Shown here piece by piece: positions 1 to 10,789 of a DNA stretch of 64,000 nt. The notes under the pieces are model-generated. The model worked only from the letters and a program-made list of their open reading frames with translations, did no database searches and was not told the origin of the DNA. The stretch spans positions 110,050,001-110,114,000 of the forward strand of contig OZ024742.1 of assembly GCA_964016885.1 (NCBI GenBank). The letters are read 5' to 3'. The DNA comes from Eledone cirrhosa. Its lineage: Eukaryota. The position numbers and the translations under genes were made by a program. Positions within the stretch are counted from its first letter, which is position 1. The number at the start of each line of letters is the position of its first letter.

Positions 1-34
1 TATATACTCCGAATAAATTGGTGCGGAGTAGAGA

Positions 35-275
35 AGCCCCCTTAGTCCAGTAAGACGACTTCCCTAGTGCTGGTGGCATGAATAAAAGCACCCAGTCTAT
101 GCTGTAAAATGGAGGTAATGGTAGTACCATTCAGCTATTAAAAACCATGCAAAATTATGGAGTGGAGAGGGCCCCTGAGTCCAGTAAGACAACCTCTCTA
201 GTGCTGGTGGCACGAATAAAAGCCCCACTCCATGCTGTAAAGTGATGCTGGTGTTAGGAAGGGCATCCAACCAGC
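35..275 (+). repeat. Two tandem degenerate copies of a SINE/RTE-associated module
   Basis: agtccagtaagac...ctagtgctggtggca(t/c)gaataaaagc...atgctgtaaa occurs at ~44-110 and ~178-243. It is followed by ggtgttaggaagggcatcca, also seen in the SINE at ~10345. Confidence 0.6.
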
Positions 276-495
276 GTATTAATGCCAAAACAATTATGAG
301 CACAACAACAAATGTATATCGCAATAACTGCGTGAACAGCAATGCCACTAGCTATGTTAGGGCTACGGACGGTAGTGGGGTGGCTAGTGTGGCCATGTGC
401 GAGAACCCCCCAACCGGCATCAAGCAATTGCACAACATGATTATAAATAATTTTTCTTTGCAAAAAAGGAAGAAATTTCAATGAAAGACGTCGTA

Positions 496-1029
496 TCTCA
501 GGGTTGCCACACTTAATGTTGGCACCCCGACAGGTACATCTGGTGAAACAGTGGAGATGCTAGAGAAAAGACGTGGATGTGTGCTGCGTGCAAGAGGTGA
601 GATGGAGAGGTGCCTCAGCAAGACTAATCGCAGGCAAACATCTTAGTTATAAGCTTTTCTGGGTAGGTAATGATGATGGGTTAGGTGGGGTAGGCCTTTT
701 ATTGGCTGAGAGGTGGATCAATAAGACAACAGAGGTAGTAATAGAATAATTAAGATTAGATTAGTTGTAGGCAAGAGACTGCTGACAATCATCTCTACCT
801 ATTCTCCCCAGGTGGGCCTAGGTAAAGAAGAAAAGAAATGCTTTTACGAGCAACTTTTAGAAACAACCACAATGACAGAGGACAGAGACATAGTTATACT
901 AGCAGGGGACTTCAATGGTCATGTAGGACAGCTTCAGGATGGATACACTGGGGTACATGGTGATCATAGTTATGGCTCAAGAAATGAAGAAAGAGTAAGA
1001 CTTCTTGAATTTTGTAATGCAAGTGAATT
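496..1029 (+). pseudogene. RTE-clade LINE apurinic-like endonuclease domain, decayed
   Basis: Frameshifted translation gives LRVATLNVGT, DVCCVQEVRWRG, DIVILAGDFNGHVG and HGDHSYGSRNEERVRLLEFC, all EEP/APE motifs typical of RTE elements. Confidence 0.85.
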
Positions 1030-1332
1030 TGTAGCGAAATCTGTCCACACCCTGTCCCCTGGGTGACATTTAACGGTCAAATTCTGGGTTACCTCCTTTT
1101 TGGCGTAAACAAGTTGATGCGTGGGTGATCCCTCGAGATAGGGGACAGAGGAAGCGACAACAGATATAAATAGCCTGTCTTAGATCAGGCAAAAGGCAGT
1201 TTGGAGCAGTTCTTGAGAGAATAAAGATGTAAAACATTCGCTTTCTACAGACCCCTTGAGGTCTACAGACTTCTACAGACCTTTACTCTCTCTCTCGACT
1301 GGTCTTCCAGGCTCTCACCTTCTCTGGCCACA
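1030..1332 (+). mobile_element. Possible solo LTR-like segment
   Basis: Starts TGTAG and can end in ..CTACA (1249) or ..CCACA (1332). Contains TATAAATA (~1165) and AATAAA (~1220). No matching target-site duplication seen. Confidence 0.3.
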
Positions 1333-1348
1333 GACTATTTCACCATGA

Positions 1349-2122
1349 CTACCATTCTGATGACCGTAATACCATATGATAATTTTCCCTTTCGAAAATT
1401 TCACTGATAGAGAATTTGTCCTTACACCGAGGAAGTCGCTTGACAAGCTGAAGACCACAGACAAGCATAACAGCCATTGAAACCAAGGACTTGTGTGCTG
1501 GAGCATTGTCCTGATGAATCAAGACCCCTTTCATCAATTTTCCTGGGTGTTTGCTCTTTTGTAACTGCCTCAGCAAGTTAGCATAGAACTCTCCATTGAT
1601 GGTGTGGCTCTTTTGAAGATAGTCAATAAACACTATGCTTTTTTCATCCCCCAAAACTGAGGCCATCACCTTCCCTGCAGATGAAACTGGCCTTCTTTGG
1701 AGCAGGTGAGGAGCAGTGTTTCCACTGCATGAATTGTCGCTTTATCTCTGGCTCAAAGTGTTGAAGACAACACTCATCCTGGGTTAGGAAACGTTTGAGG
1801 AAACTAGCTGGATCTGCCTTAAACGATGTCAGATTTTCCTACGATGTGATCAGCCTTGTGTGCTTTTCATTAGGTGTCTGAAGACGTGGCCCCCACAAAG
1901 CAGAAACCTTAGTCATGCCAAGTTCATTGTGCAGAATATTCCCAATTCTCTCACGTGACATGCTAATAACATTGGCTATTTGATTTATAATCAATCGCCT
2001 GTCATCTATCACCATATGGTGAACACGATCAATGTTTTCGTTGGTGGTGGAAGTTGCAGGATGTCCAGTCCTTGCATCATCTTCTAGACTCACCCTTCCC
2101 CTCATAAATACAGCTGTCCACT
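1349..2122 (-). mobile_element. Decayed mariner transposase fragment
   Basis: ORFs 1839-2105 (SLEDDARTGHP...LGMTKVSALWGPRL, a WVPRL-like motif) and 1349-1669 (VFIDYLQKSHTINGEFY...IHQDNAPAH). Confidence 0.9.
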
Positions 2123-2351
2123 TTATATATATACTTTATATATATATACTTCACCGTATTACCTACACTATCAATATATATATGGAAAATGAAGAATCAG
2201 TGATGCATCGGAACACAATTTATTAACGTATTACAATTGTTTCTCCGGCGAACAGCTCAAGGTGCGATCTATTTGTGGATTGAACCGGCATACCGCCTAT
2301 GGACGCATCCAAGCAACCTTACTACAAATATATATATATATATACATATAT

Positions 2352-3507
2352 ATCAGGTTGTAGCAAAAGTTACATTAATGTAAATCTCGAGTTAGATTTA
2401 AAGGTATCTAACTACTCAATTATATTTGGAATATGCTAAAGTCGCTAATAAGTTCCATTTTCCTTCAGATTTATCAAATTTATTGTTATTGAAGCGGTTG
2501 TTTTGGCGCCATGTTCACTTCAAGTAAAGAACACATTTGTCATAATATTCATTATGAATTTCAATAACGTAATATTGCAAGAGCAGCAGTAACATCACTC
2601 CAAAACACTTATGGAGACGGTATAGTGATTGAAAGAACATGAAGGAGATAGTATTTATGATTCAAAAACAGCAACTACAGCTTGCAGGATGATTCAAGAG
2701 AAGGACTGGATTCTGATACATTGGAAGCTGCTGTTGATGCAAACCTGACCATTACAGTTCGGGAACTAAGCACGGACTTCAATGGGAGCCATGCCACCAT
2801 TCATTGTGAATGGAAAAGGCTTGATGAAGTGTCAGGCAATGGAAAATGGGTTCAGCATGATCTCTTTGCAGATAACCACAAACAGCATGTAGACTGCTGT
2901 GCATCATTGCGTTCAGGTGAACTGCTAATGCCTTTTTTGAACAGAGTCACTACTGGAGATGAGAAATGGATGTTAAGCTCAGACGTCTGTGGCACAGTCA
3001 AGGTAAAGAGCCAGCTCAGCAGCTCAGAGGTGGCCTGCATCCAAGGAAGATTCTTCAGAGTGTGTAAGGGGATATGCAGGGAATAATTCATCACAAGCTG
3101 CTAGACAAACCACTTAACAGCCGAAGACATTTGAAAGTAGTTTTGCAGCATAAACAAACAGAAAATCAGTCATCCTTCATCACACTACACAAAAGATGAA
3201 AGATCTCTTACAAAAATATGCCTGAGAAATTATGCTTCATCTATATTTCCCAGATCTTGCACTAACAGATTACTCTCTCTTTAAAAGTTTTCAAAATCAT
3301 TGGAGTGGATTAAGACTTACTTCAAGTAGTCAAAAATGGTTTAGCTTCCTTTTTTTTTTAATTTAAAATCCTAAAGCTTATTGACAAGATAGAGAGAGGT
3401 CATAGAGAAGAATGGTGATTACATTAAGGATTAAATAAATCTGACATTATGTTTTGTTTGTTTTAGTGAGCCTTAAAAAATGGACAGAACTTTCGTTACA
3501 ACCTGAT
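2352..3507 (+). mobile_element. Full-length but decayed mariner element with TIRs
   Basis: TIRs atcaggttgtagcaaaagtt / aactttcgttacaacctgat in a TA context. Internal translation gives GKWVQHDL, RVTTGDEKW and a YFPDLALTDY-like (YSPDLAP) motif, broken by stops and frameshifts. Confidence 0.9.
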
Positions 3508-3512
3508 TTATA

Positions 3513-3624
3513 CAGGGTGACCCCAAAAATGTATACAGACTACAACACCATTCTAATAAACATTACCTGTACAGGTAATCAAAGTAATCAGGTAATCAAA
3601 GTGTGTATACATTTTTGGGGGGAC

Positions 3625-3630
<6 letters not shown>
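3513..3630. mobile_element. Tc1/mariner-type MITE (~118 bp)
   Basis: ~27-bp TIRs cagggtgaccccaaaaatgtatacagac / gtgtgtatacattttt...ggacaccct flanked by TA; abuts the mariner right end. Confidence 0.8.
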
Positions 3631-3663
<33 letters not shown>

Positions 3664-3717
3664 CACCAGGTGGGGCTATTAAGTTAGACATGGCCTGGGC
3701 CAATACTGGCCGAAACC

Positions 3718-3753
3718 TATCAAAGTTATCAAAGTTATCAAAGTTATCAAAGT
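3718..3753 (+). repeat. 9-bp tandem (TATCAAAGT)x4
   Basis: Read directly; lies at the left boundary of the PLE composite. Confidence 0.9.
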
Positions 3754-3837
3754 AAAGACCCAAGGGTGGGAGGAACAAGGGGTTGGATAGGTCATTTTGA
3801 ATATATATATGTGTGTGTGTATGTTTGTTTTAATACA

Positions 3838-3880
<43 letters not shown>
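3749..3880 (+). repeat. Direct terminal repeat A, left copy (partner 9547-9676)
   Basis: aaagtaaagacccaagggtgggaggaacaagggg...ggataggtcattttgaatata...atgtttgttttaatacatga(TA)n recurs in the same orientation at 9547. Confidence 0.9.
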
Positions 3881-3883
<3 letters not shown>

Positions 3884-5047
3884 TTTTTATACTGTTTCGC
3901 TTATTGAATAATTTAGTCTTCTCTGATGATCTTGAAACTCCAGAGTAACAAGGAGTACTCTGGAGTTTTCACGAGAATTATCGGCCAAGAATATACTAAA
4001 AACACACACAAGCAAACTCATGCTAGTGTGGAAGATAGACGTTAAACGATGATGATGATGATGATGATATATATATATCATGATATATGTAATAAACATA
4101 TATATATATACCAATCCACCGACCTACACTGCTTCGGGCTCACCACCACTGACATCCACCAACTCCTATCCATCGTCGTCGACAACACCTACTTCGGATT
4201 CCTTGACCAAACATACCAACAAACCTCGGGACTGCCCATGGGATCAAGCCTGTCGGGTGTGCTAGCAATCTCTTACATGGACAACCTCGAGCGTAAGGCA
4301 CTCAACGCCTGCCACCCCAACGCCGTCGCCTTTTTCTCAAGGTACGTGGACGATATCCTCATCCTCACATCTTCCCAAGACACGGCGAACAGTATCTATG
4401 AGACGTTCAACAACACGGACGAGAACATTGACTTCAGTGTTGAACACCCCAACGAAGACGGGTCACTTGCCCTCCTCGACTTCCGAATCAACATCACGGA
4501 ACAGGGAGGGATCCACTGCAACTTCTACCGAAAGGCAGCCTGCAGGGACCTGTTCGTCCACTACAAGTCCGCCCTCCCTAACAGTGCCAAAAGAGGATAC
4601 ATCACGAACGAGATCGCGCGAATCAAAAACAGATGCAGCGATCCCCCGAGTGGTGTCACTCATACCAAGCGATTCCTCGAGGTGCTGGAGACGAACGGGT
4701 ACCCTACCTCGCTCACAGACAGAGTAGGAGACACCAGACACAAGAGACAGAGAGGCACCCAAGGAAAGTGCTTCCTTAAAATGCCACACCTGGGCGAGAA
4801 TACCACCAACGCTATCCGCAAGGCTATACAGAGGGAGGGCCTCGACATTCACCTGGCCCACTCGGGCCCCTCCCTGCGAAGATGCCTCTCCAGGAAACCC
4901 GGGAAATCAACTGACGCGTGCTCCCTCAGAGACTGCCCGATGCACCATACGTCGTGTATAAGATAGAATGTAACAAGTGCAACCAATACTATATAGGTAG
5001 CACAATCCGGCCGTTGCACATCCGGATCAAGGAACACACTAAAACCA
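3881..5047 (+). repeat. Inverted repeat arm B, left (~1.17 kb; partner 8389-9552)
   Basis: Reverse complement of 8389-9552 with only a couple of visible substitutions plus microsatellite length differences. The ORF track shows mirrored ORFs (4049-4966+ vs 8470-9384-). Confidence 0.95.
3918..3952 (+). ncRNA. Degenerate minimal hammerhead ribozyme (stem II deleted)
   Basis: cttct-CTGATGA-tctt-GAAA-ctc-ca-gag-TA-acaag. Shares the stem I/III sequence of the motif at 34537; mirrored in the right IR arm. Confidence 0.45.
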
Positions 5048-5208
5048 GGGCCTCGTCTTTCCGGAAACACATAGCCAAATGCGGAAACAAAGACAGAAAG
5101 AAACGTCAGCACGTTACGTATCAAGGAAGCACTTTGGATCAAACGCCTAGGGCCACAATTAAACAACCGATCCGAGAGAAGCGAAATGAGGTGGTTGGTT
5201 TAAGTTAA
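4111..5208 (+). mobile_element. Penelope-like element 1: 5'-truncated RT plus GIY-YIG endonuclease (frameshifted)
   Basis: YQQTSGLPMGSSLS, RYVDD, LALLDF, FYRK, then VVYKIECNKCNQYYIGST..RIKEH and LRIKEALWIKRLGPQLN across shifted frames. Confidence 0.9.
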
Positions 5209-5305
5209 CAAACGATGCAGCAACACACGCACACACACACACAAGCGAGACAGCAACATACGCACACACACACACACACAGTACCATTCCACCATACGAA
5301 CATAC

Positions 5306-5500
5306 TAAATCTCTCCCAAGGTAACTCTCTCTCGTGTTGTTATTTTTATTTTCATCCTTTACGCTCTTTCCTTCATTCCTCTACACGTCTTATACACGCC
5401 ACGCATCTCAACGTACACCCACTTACATCTCTCTCTCGTTCACCGGATCTTGTTACCCGGAGATTTACCCATTTGCATTGTCGAGACTTCCAAACGACTT
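5306..5500 (+). repeat. Dispersed repeat downstream of PLE1 (pLTR/3' UTR-like); second copy at 53476-53676 on minus
   Basis: ctaaatctctcccaaggtaactctctc...cttgttacccggagatttacccatttgcattgtcgag...ccaaacgacttaaa is matched in reverse complement at ~53476-53676. Confidence 0.85.
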
Positions 5501-5792
5501 AAAAAATATATATATATATATATTCATAGACCCCTACCACTCTCAAGCGTGAACCTCATACCAACACTGTTTGTACGGCACTCTTCGTTATTGTTTTTGT
5601 TTTTTGTTTTTAATTTATATATATATATATATATGTGAGATATATATTATATTTTTGTTTTTCATATCCACTGTCAATAAATTCACCAGGATCTTTTCAT
5701 TCTGATGACTGAAAGCAAATTTGTTTGCTTTAAAGAAACCACTGGTAAATGAAATAATTAGCTTATGTTGTTTATTACATAACTCTCACTCT

Positions 5793-5799
5793 GTCTCTC

Positions 5800-5892
<93 letters not shown>

Positions 5893-5997
5893 CTAGCATC
5901 CGAAATGTTAAGACCCTCTTCCTGCTATATCAAGCGTTAACCTTATATATCCCTTCCATATACTGTACCGATTGTGTTGTTATTTCTGTTTACCTTT

Positions 5998-6053
<56 letters not shown>

Positions 6054-6059
6054 TATATG

Positions 6060-6140
<81 letters not shown>
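5793..6140. repeat. (CT)n and (TA)n microsatellites
   Basis: Read directly. Confidence 0.95.
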
Positions 6141-6143
<3 letters not shown>

Positions 6144-6555
6144 TATGTATATGTACATACATATATGTGTACAGACGCACAGTAGTATGTATATATATAC
6201 ATACTACTGTACGTCTGTACACATGTATGTATGTACGTATACATACTTATATTTAGGTATCAGCCGTACTAAGAGTGAGAAATGAAATTTCGTTTCATTC
6301 TTTTCCATTTATATATATATATTTCGTTTCTGAATTTGTTTAGCAAGATTCTTTATCTGAAATCGTGTGTTGAAACCGATATTGTTATACTTTGGGAGGG
6401 TCATGTTGCCAATAAGAAACACACGCACCAGTTGCTTTCACTTCAATTTATTATAATAAACTTATAAATTTAGGAATTTATAAATCTATAAATTTCTGGT
6501 TGGTTGGTTGGTTCCACAACCAGATAGTTGTTTATATATTGTCAAAGTTCTTTCG

Positions 6556-8388
6556 TCACACATTCTGTGACCTCTTCCGTGACTGGGGGATTCTTTTCTT
6601 TGTTTTTGTGCCTCTAGGGGTTGTATCGATGAACATTACACTCTGGTATTTATTGCTATCATACCATGAGTTTATTCTATTAGCCTTATTCCTAGTTCTT
6701 TCTATTCTATTCCAAAATTTGCTCCGATACAAGGGGCAGGTCCCATTTGTGTCATTATTTACCATTTTTTCCCATTTGGTTCTGGCTCCTCTATACACTC
6801 TGATTTTATCTCTCTGATTGTAACCAGAGAACTGCATACGGTGGATGAAGTGTTGTATGTGTCTCTCTAGTTCTTCGGGGTTGCACATGCGGGACACGTT
6901 TCTCATCACCCGTACCAAATCCGCAATCAGTATGTTGATTTTGGCATGGTCCGAAACAGCCGAGTTTCGGTGGATCAGATGTTTGGAAGTCATGGGTTTG
7001 GCATAATGGGAATGGAGGATTTGTTTTTTGTTATTAATGGTATCTAACCAGAGTTCTGTGTCTAGTACAGGTAATCGATGGTTGGGGTGTTTACTTGGGT
7101 AGTCTATAGTAACTCTAATACTCTGGTGGATGGAGTTAGCTATTTGCTGGATGCTTTCCATTGTGTTTTTCTCTAGTTCCTGACTGTTCTCTAGTGGGGG
7201 TGTCTTAACTACGATGTTTATATCATCAACGTAGCGGGAGTACATTATCAGGGTTAAGGGGTCTTCTAATTGTTCTTTAAGTTTAAGTTTAAGTCTACTG
7301 TCCCACCATACCATGAATAAGTTAGCTATGTCGCCTGCTCCTTCCTCTTGGGCATATGTTTTTCCATTAAATTTGAACATATGTTCCTTAAGGGTTAGTT
7401 TTATGCTGGCCCCTACCGCATGTGCAATCATTTTCTTCAGTTCATCATGGTTTTCGGGTGTCCGTATGGCTCTGGTCCACCCGTTCCATCTATCTGTGTG
7501 GGTTTTCTTGGCCATTGAGGTAATGGTAGGTGGTCTGCCTCTTGCTGGTCTTGTAGGGCACAGGTTGCTAAGGTCATATGTGTCTAGGTAATTATTACTA
7601 TAGGTAAGTTTAAGTAGGAGTCCCAGCTCACTGGTATCAATCCCACGGAACTCAACATTGCTCTCACTGATCATTTCTACGCATTTCTCCACAGCAAAAT
7701 CCACGTCAATCGATGGATACAGGGACACAACATCCATACTACCTATTATGCAGTTTGTTAGGTCCCTAGATCGGTTACTCTCGCCGATTTTGCTGAGGAG
7801 GTCCTCCGTGCTGTCACATACATCTGGGGACATTTCAATGATAGGGCGTATGATCAGGGAGAGGAAATAGGACAGTCTGTAGTTACTAGCAATGTTAGCC
7901 CCACAGACTGGCCGTGTTGGTGGTCCCATGACAGGGTCACTGCCCGTTTTATGGTCTTTTCGAAGCCCATACAACGCCGGCACGTCATTGTTGGCAGTCC
8001 TTTTGTTGGGCTGCATTATATTCGTCCACATCACCATATGGGCATTGAGGGCTTTTTCTCTATCCTCATGCTCCTGTGGTGTTACCTCTCTTGTGTTAGT
8101 GATGTGGGGTTGCATTGGCCTGGATGTAGTTTGGCAAGCTGTCAACCGACATTCTGCCAGACTTGTCTGTTGGAAAGCATGCTATCTCTCCATTACGTGA
8201 GCGCTGCATGAGCTTACGCAAGCCATTTGAAGATTTGTCTCCCAGTTGCTGGGCCTCCATTCTATTATGCTTCTTGCTATACTGTTCTATAATATTTCTA
8301 AGTTCGGATCTAGCTATACTAAATTGTGCTTCTGTTTGTTCATCGACCTGCGACGGCAATTGCGTGCGTTTGTTAAATGGTAAAGTCG
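6556..8388 (-). mobile_element. Penelope-like element 2 RT (different family), internally deleted, no endonuclease visible
   Basis: PTDKSG N-terminal motif, PALYGLRKDHK, PPTRPVC, SMDVVSLYPSI, RYVDDI, LPVLD, HYAKP, SVMFIDTTPRG. RT motif B appears shortened (QEEGA-GDIANLFM). Confidence 0.85.
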
Positions 8389-9552
8389 TGGTTTTAGTGT
8401 GTTCCTTGATCCGGATGTGCAACGGCCGGATTGTGCTACCTATATAGTATTGGTTGCACTTGTTACATTCTATCTTATACACGACGTATGGCGCATCGGG
8501 CAGTCTCTGAGGGAGCACGCGTCAGTTGATTTCCCGGGTTTCCTGGAGAGGCATCTTCGCAGGGAGGGGCCCGAGTGGGCCAGGTGAATGTCGAGGCCCT
8601 CCCTCTGTATAGCCTTGCGGATAGCGTTGGTGGTATTCTCGCCCAGGTGTGGCATTTTAAGGAAGCACTTTCCTTGGGTGCCTCTCTGTCTCTTGTGTCT
8701 GGTGTCTCCTACTCTGTCTGTGAGCGAGGTAGGGTACCCGTTCGTCTCCAGCACCTCGAGGAATCGCTTGGTATGAGTGACACCACTCGGGGGATCGCTG
8801 CATCTGTTTTTGATTCGCGCGATCTCGTTCGTGATGTATCCTCTTTTGGCACTGTTAGGGAGGGCGGACTTGTAGTGGACGAACAGGTCCCTGCAGGCTG
8901 CCTTTCGGTAGAAGTTGCAGTGGATCCCTCCCTGTTCCGTGATGTTGATTCGGAAGTCGAGGAGGGCAAGTGACCCGTCTTCGTTGGGGTGTTCAACACT
9001 GAAGTCAATGTTCTCGTCCGTGTTGTTGAACGTCTCATAGATACTGTTCGCCGTGTCTTGGGAAGATGTGAGGATGAGGATATCGTCCACGTACCTTGAG
9101 AAAAAGGCGACGGCGTTGGGGTGGCAGGCGTTGAGTGCCTTACGCTCGAGGTTGTCCATGTAAGAGATTGCTAGCACACCCGACAGGCTTGATCCCATGG
9201 GCAGTCCCGAGGTTTGTTGGTATGTTTGGTCAAGGAATCCGAAGTAGGTGTTGTCGACGACGATGGATAGGAGTTGGTGGATGTCAGTGGTGGTGAGCCC
9301 GAAGCAGTGTAGGTCGGTGGATTGGTATATATATATATGTTTATTACATATATCATGATATATATATATATATATCATCATCATCGTTTAACGTCTATCT
9401 TCCACACTAGCATGAGTTTGCTTGTGTGTGATTTTAGTATATTCTTGGCCGATAATTCTCGTGAAAACTCCAGAGTACTCCTTGTTACTCTGGAGTTTCA
9501 AGATCATCAGAGAAGACTAAATTATTCAATAAGCGAAACAGTATAAAAAGTA
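8389..9552 (-). mobile_element. Inverted repeat arm B, right: second copy of the PLE1 fragment (8389-9325) plus flanking SINE tail and hammerhead remnant
   Basis: Reverse complement of 3881-5047. Confidence 0.95.
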
Positions 9553-9634
9553 AAGACCCAAGGGTGGGAGGAACAAGGGGTGGATAGGTCATTTTGAATA
9601 TATATATATGTGTGCGTATGTTTGTTTTAATACA

Positions 9635-9676
<42 letters not shown>
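9547..9676 (+). repeat. Direct terminal repeat A, right copy
   Basis: Same orientation as 3749-3880; overlaps the IR end by aaagta. Confidence 0.9.
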
Positions 9677-9678
<2 letters not shown>

Positions 9679-9936
9679 TTATATATACATCCATACACAC
9701 ACACATGTACACATACACATATACACCATATTCTTGCATAAAATATTGGATTGACATTAAATACTTTTTGTTAAAAATATTGTTCTGGTGTGCCTAAAAG
9801 ATAAAACCTAAAAGCCCATCAGGGGGCACAACTTTAGCAGTTGCAGGGCGCATTTATCTTGCTAGGCTGCTACCCCTGTTTGGGGTGTGCCTGGGAAAAA
9901 TGCCCTGTCTGACCCCCCCCCCCCCCGCTATAAATC

Positions 9937-10051
<115 letters not shown>

Positions 10052-10110
10052 ATATATACTTTATTTTTGTATTTGTTGGCAGCATGACCCTCCGAAATTA
10101 TATATATATA

Positions 10111-10441
10111 TGGAGGCACATGGCTTAGTGGTTAGAGCATTGGCCTTGCAATCGAAAGGCTGTGAATTCAATCTCAGACCGGGTGATGTGTTGTTTCCTT
10201 GAGCAAGGCACTTTATTTCACATTGCTCCAGTTTACTCAGCTGTAGAAATGAGATAATAGGGACTGTGGTCCCTATCATTCCACTGCAAAGTGGTCGTGT
10301 AGGTGCCAAGGCAAAAAACACCCAGCACTCACTGTAAATGAGGTTGGTGTTAGGAAGGGCATCCAGCTGTAGAAATCAAGTCAGAATCAGTTCCCGTCCC
10401 ACCCTTGCAAGCAGGGAAAAGTGGACGTAAAATGATGATGA

Positions 10442-10443
<2 letters not shown>
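10111..10443 (+). mobile_element. tRNA-derived SINE with RTE-like tail
   Basis: A-box tggcttagtggttag, B-box-like gaattcaatc, central gtttccttgagcaaggcactt, tail ggacgtaaaa(tga)n. Confidence 0.8.
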
Positions 10444-10483
<40 letters not shown>

Positions 10484-10789
10484 GCAAGTGTGTGTGTATT
10501 TTTATGTATGCATGTATGTAATCATATATGCAAACCACACACAGCACACACACATGCACACATATACAAACACACACACACACTGCTAGACACACGGTGT
10601 GGGTATAAAGATATTATTGACAGAGTGTGTACTTTTAGCCTATCGTCATGAATCACTAATACAGCTATACCATTATTGATCTGATAGTTCTAACATGTTT
10701 TCACCTTTGATACCAAGTCAAATGTCACTCATTACTCATGCTCCTTCTCACCTTCTCACAATCACCACCATGTTTGTCTGGCTCAACGT

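Noticed and set aside
5698-5722. ctgatgactgaaagc hammerhead-like words
   Set aside because: No room for stem II and no stems.
5721-6285. YI/IY, SL, HT and CV-rich ORFs here and elsewhere (e.g. 9870-10202, 23548-23877, 32647-32929, 59438-60605)
   Set aside because: Translations of dinucleotide microsatellites.
10111-10190. tRNA gene
   Set aside because: A/B boxes are present, but there is no complete cloverleaf and the sequence continues into a SINE body.
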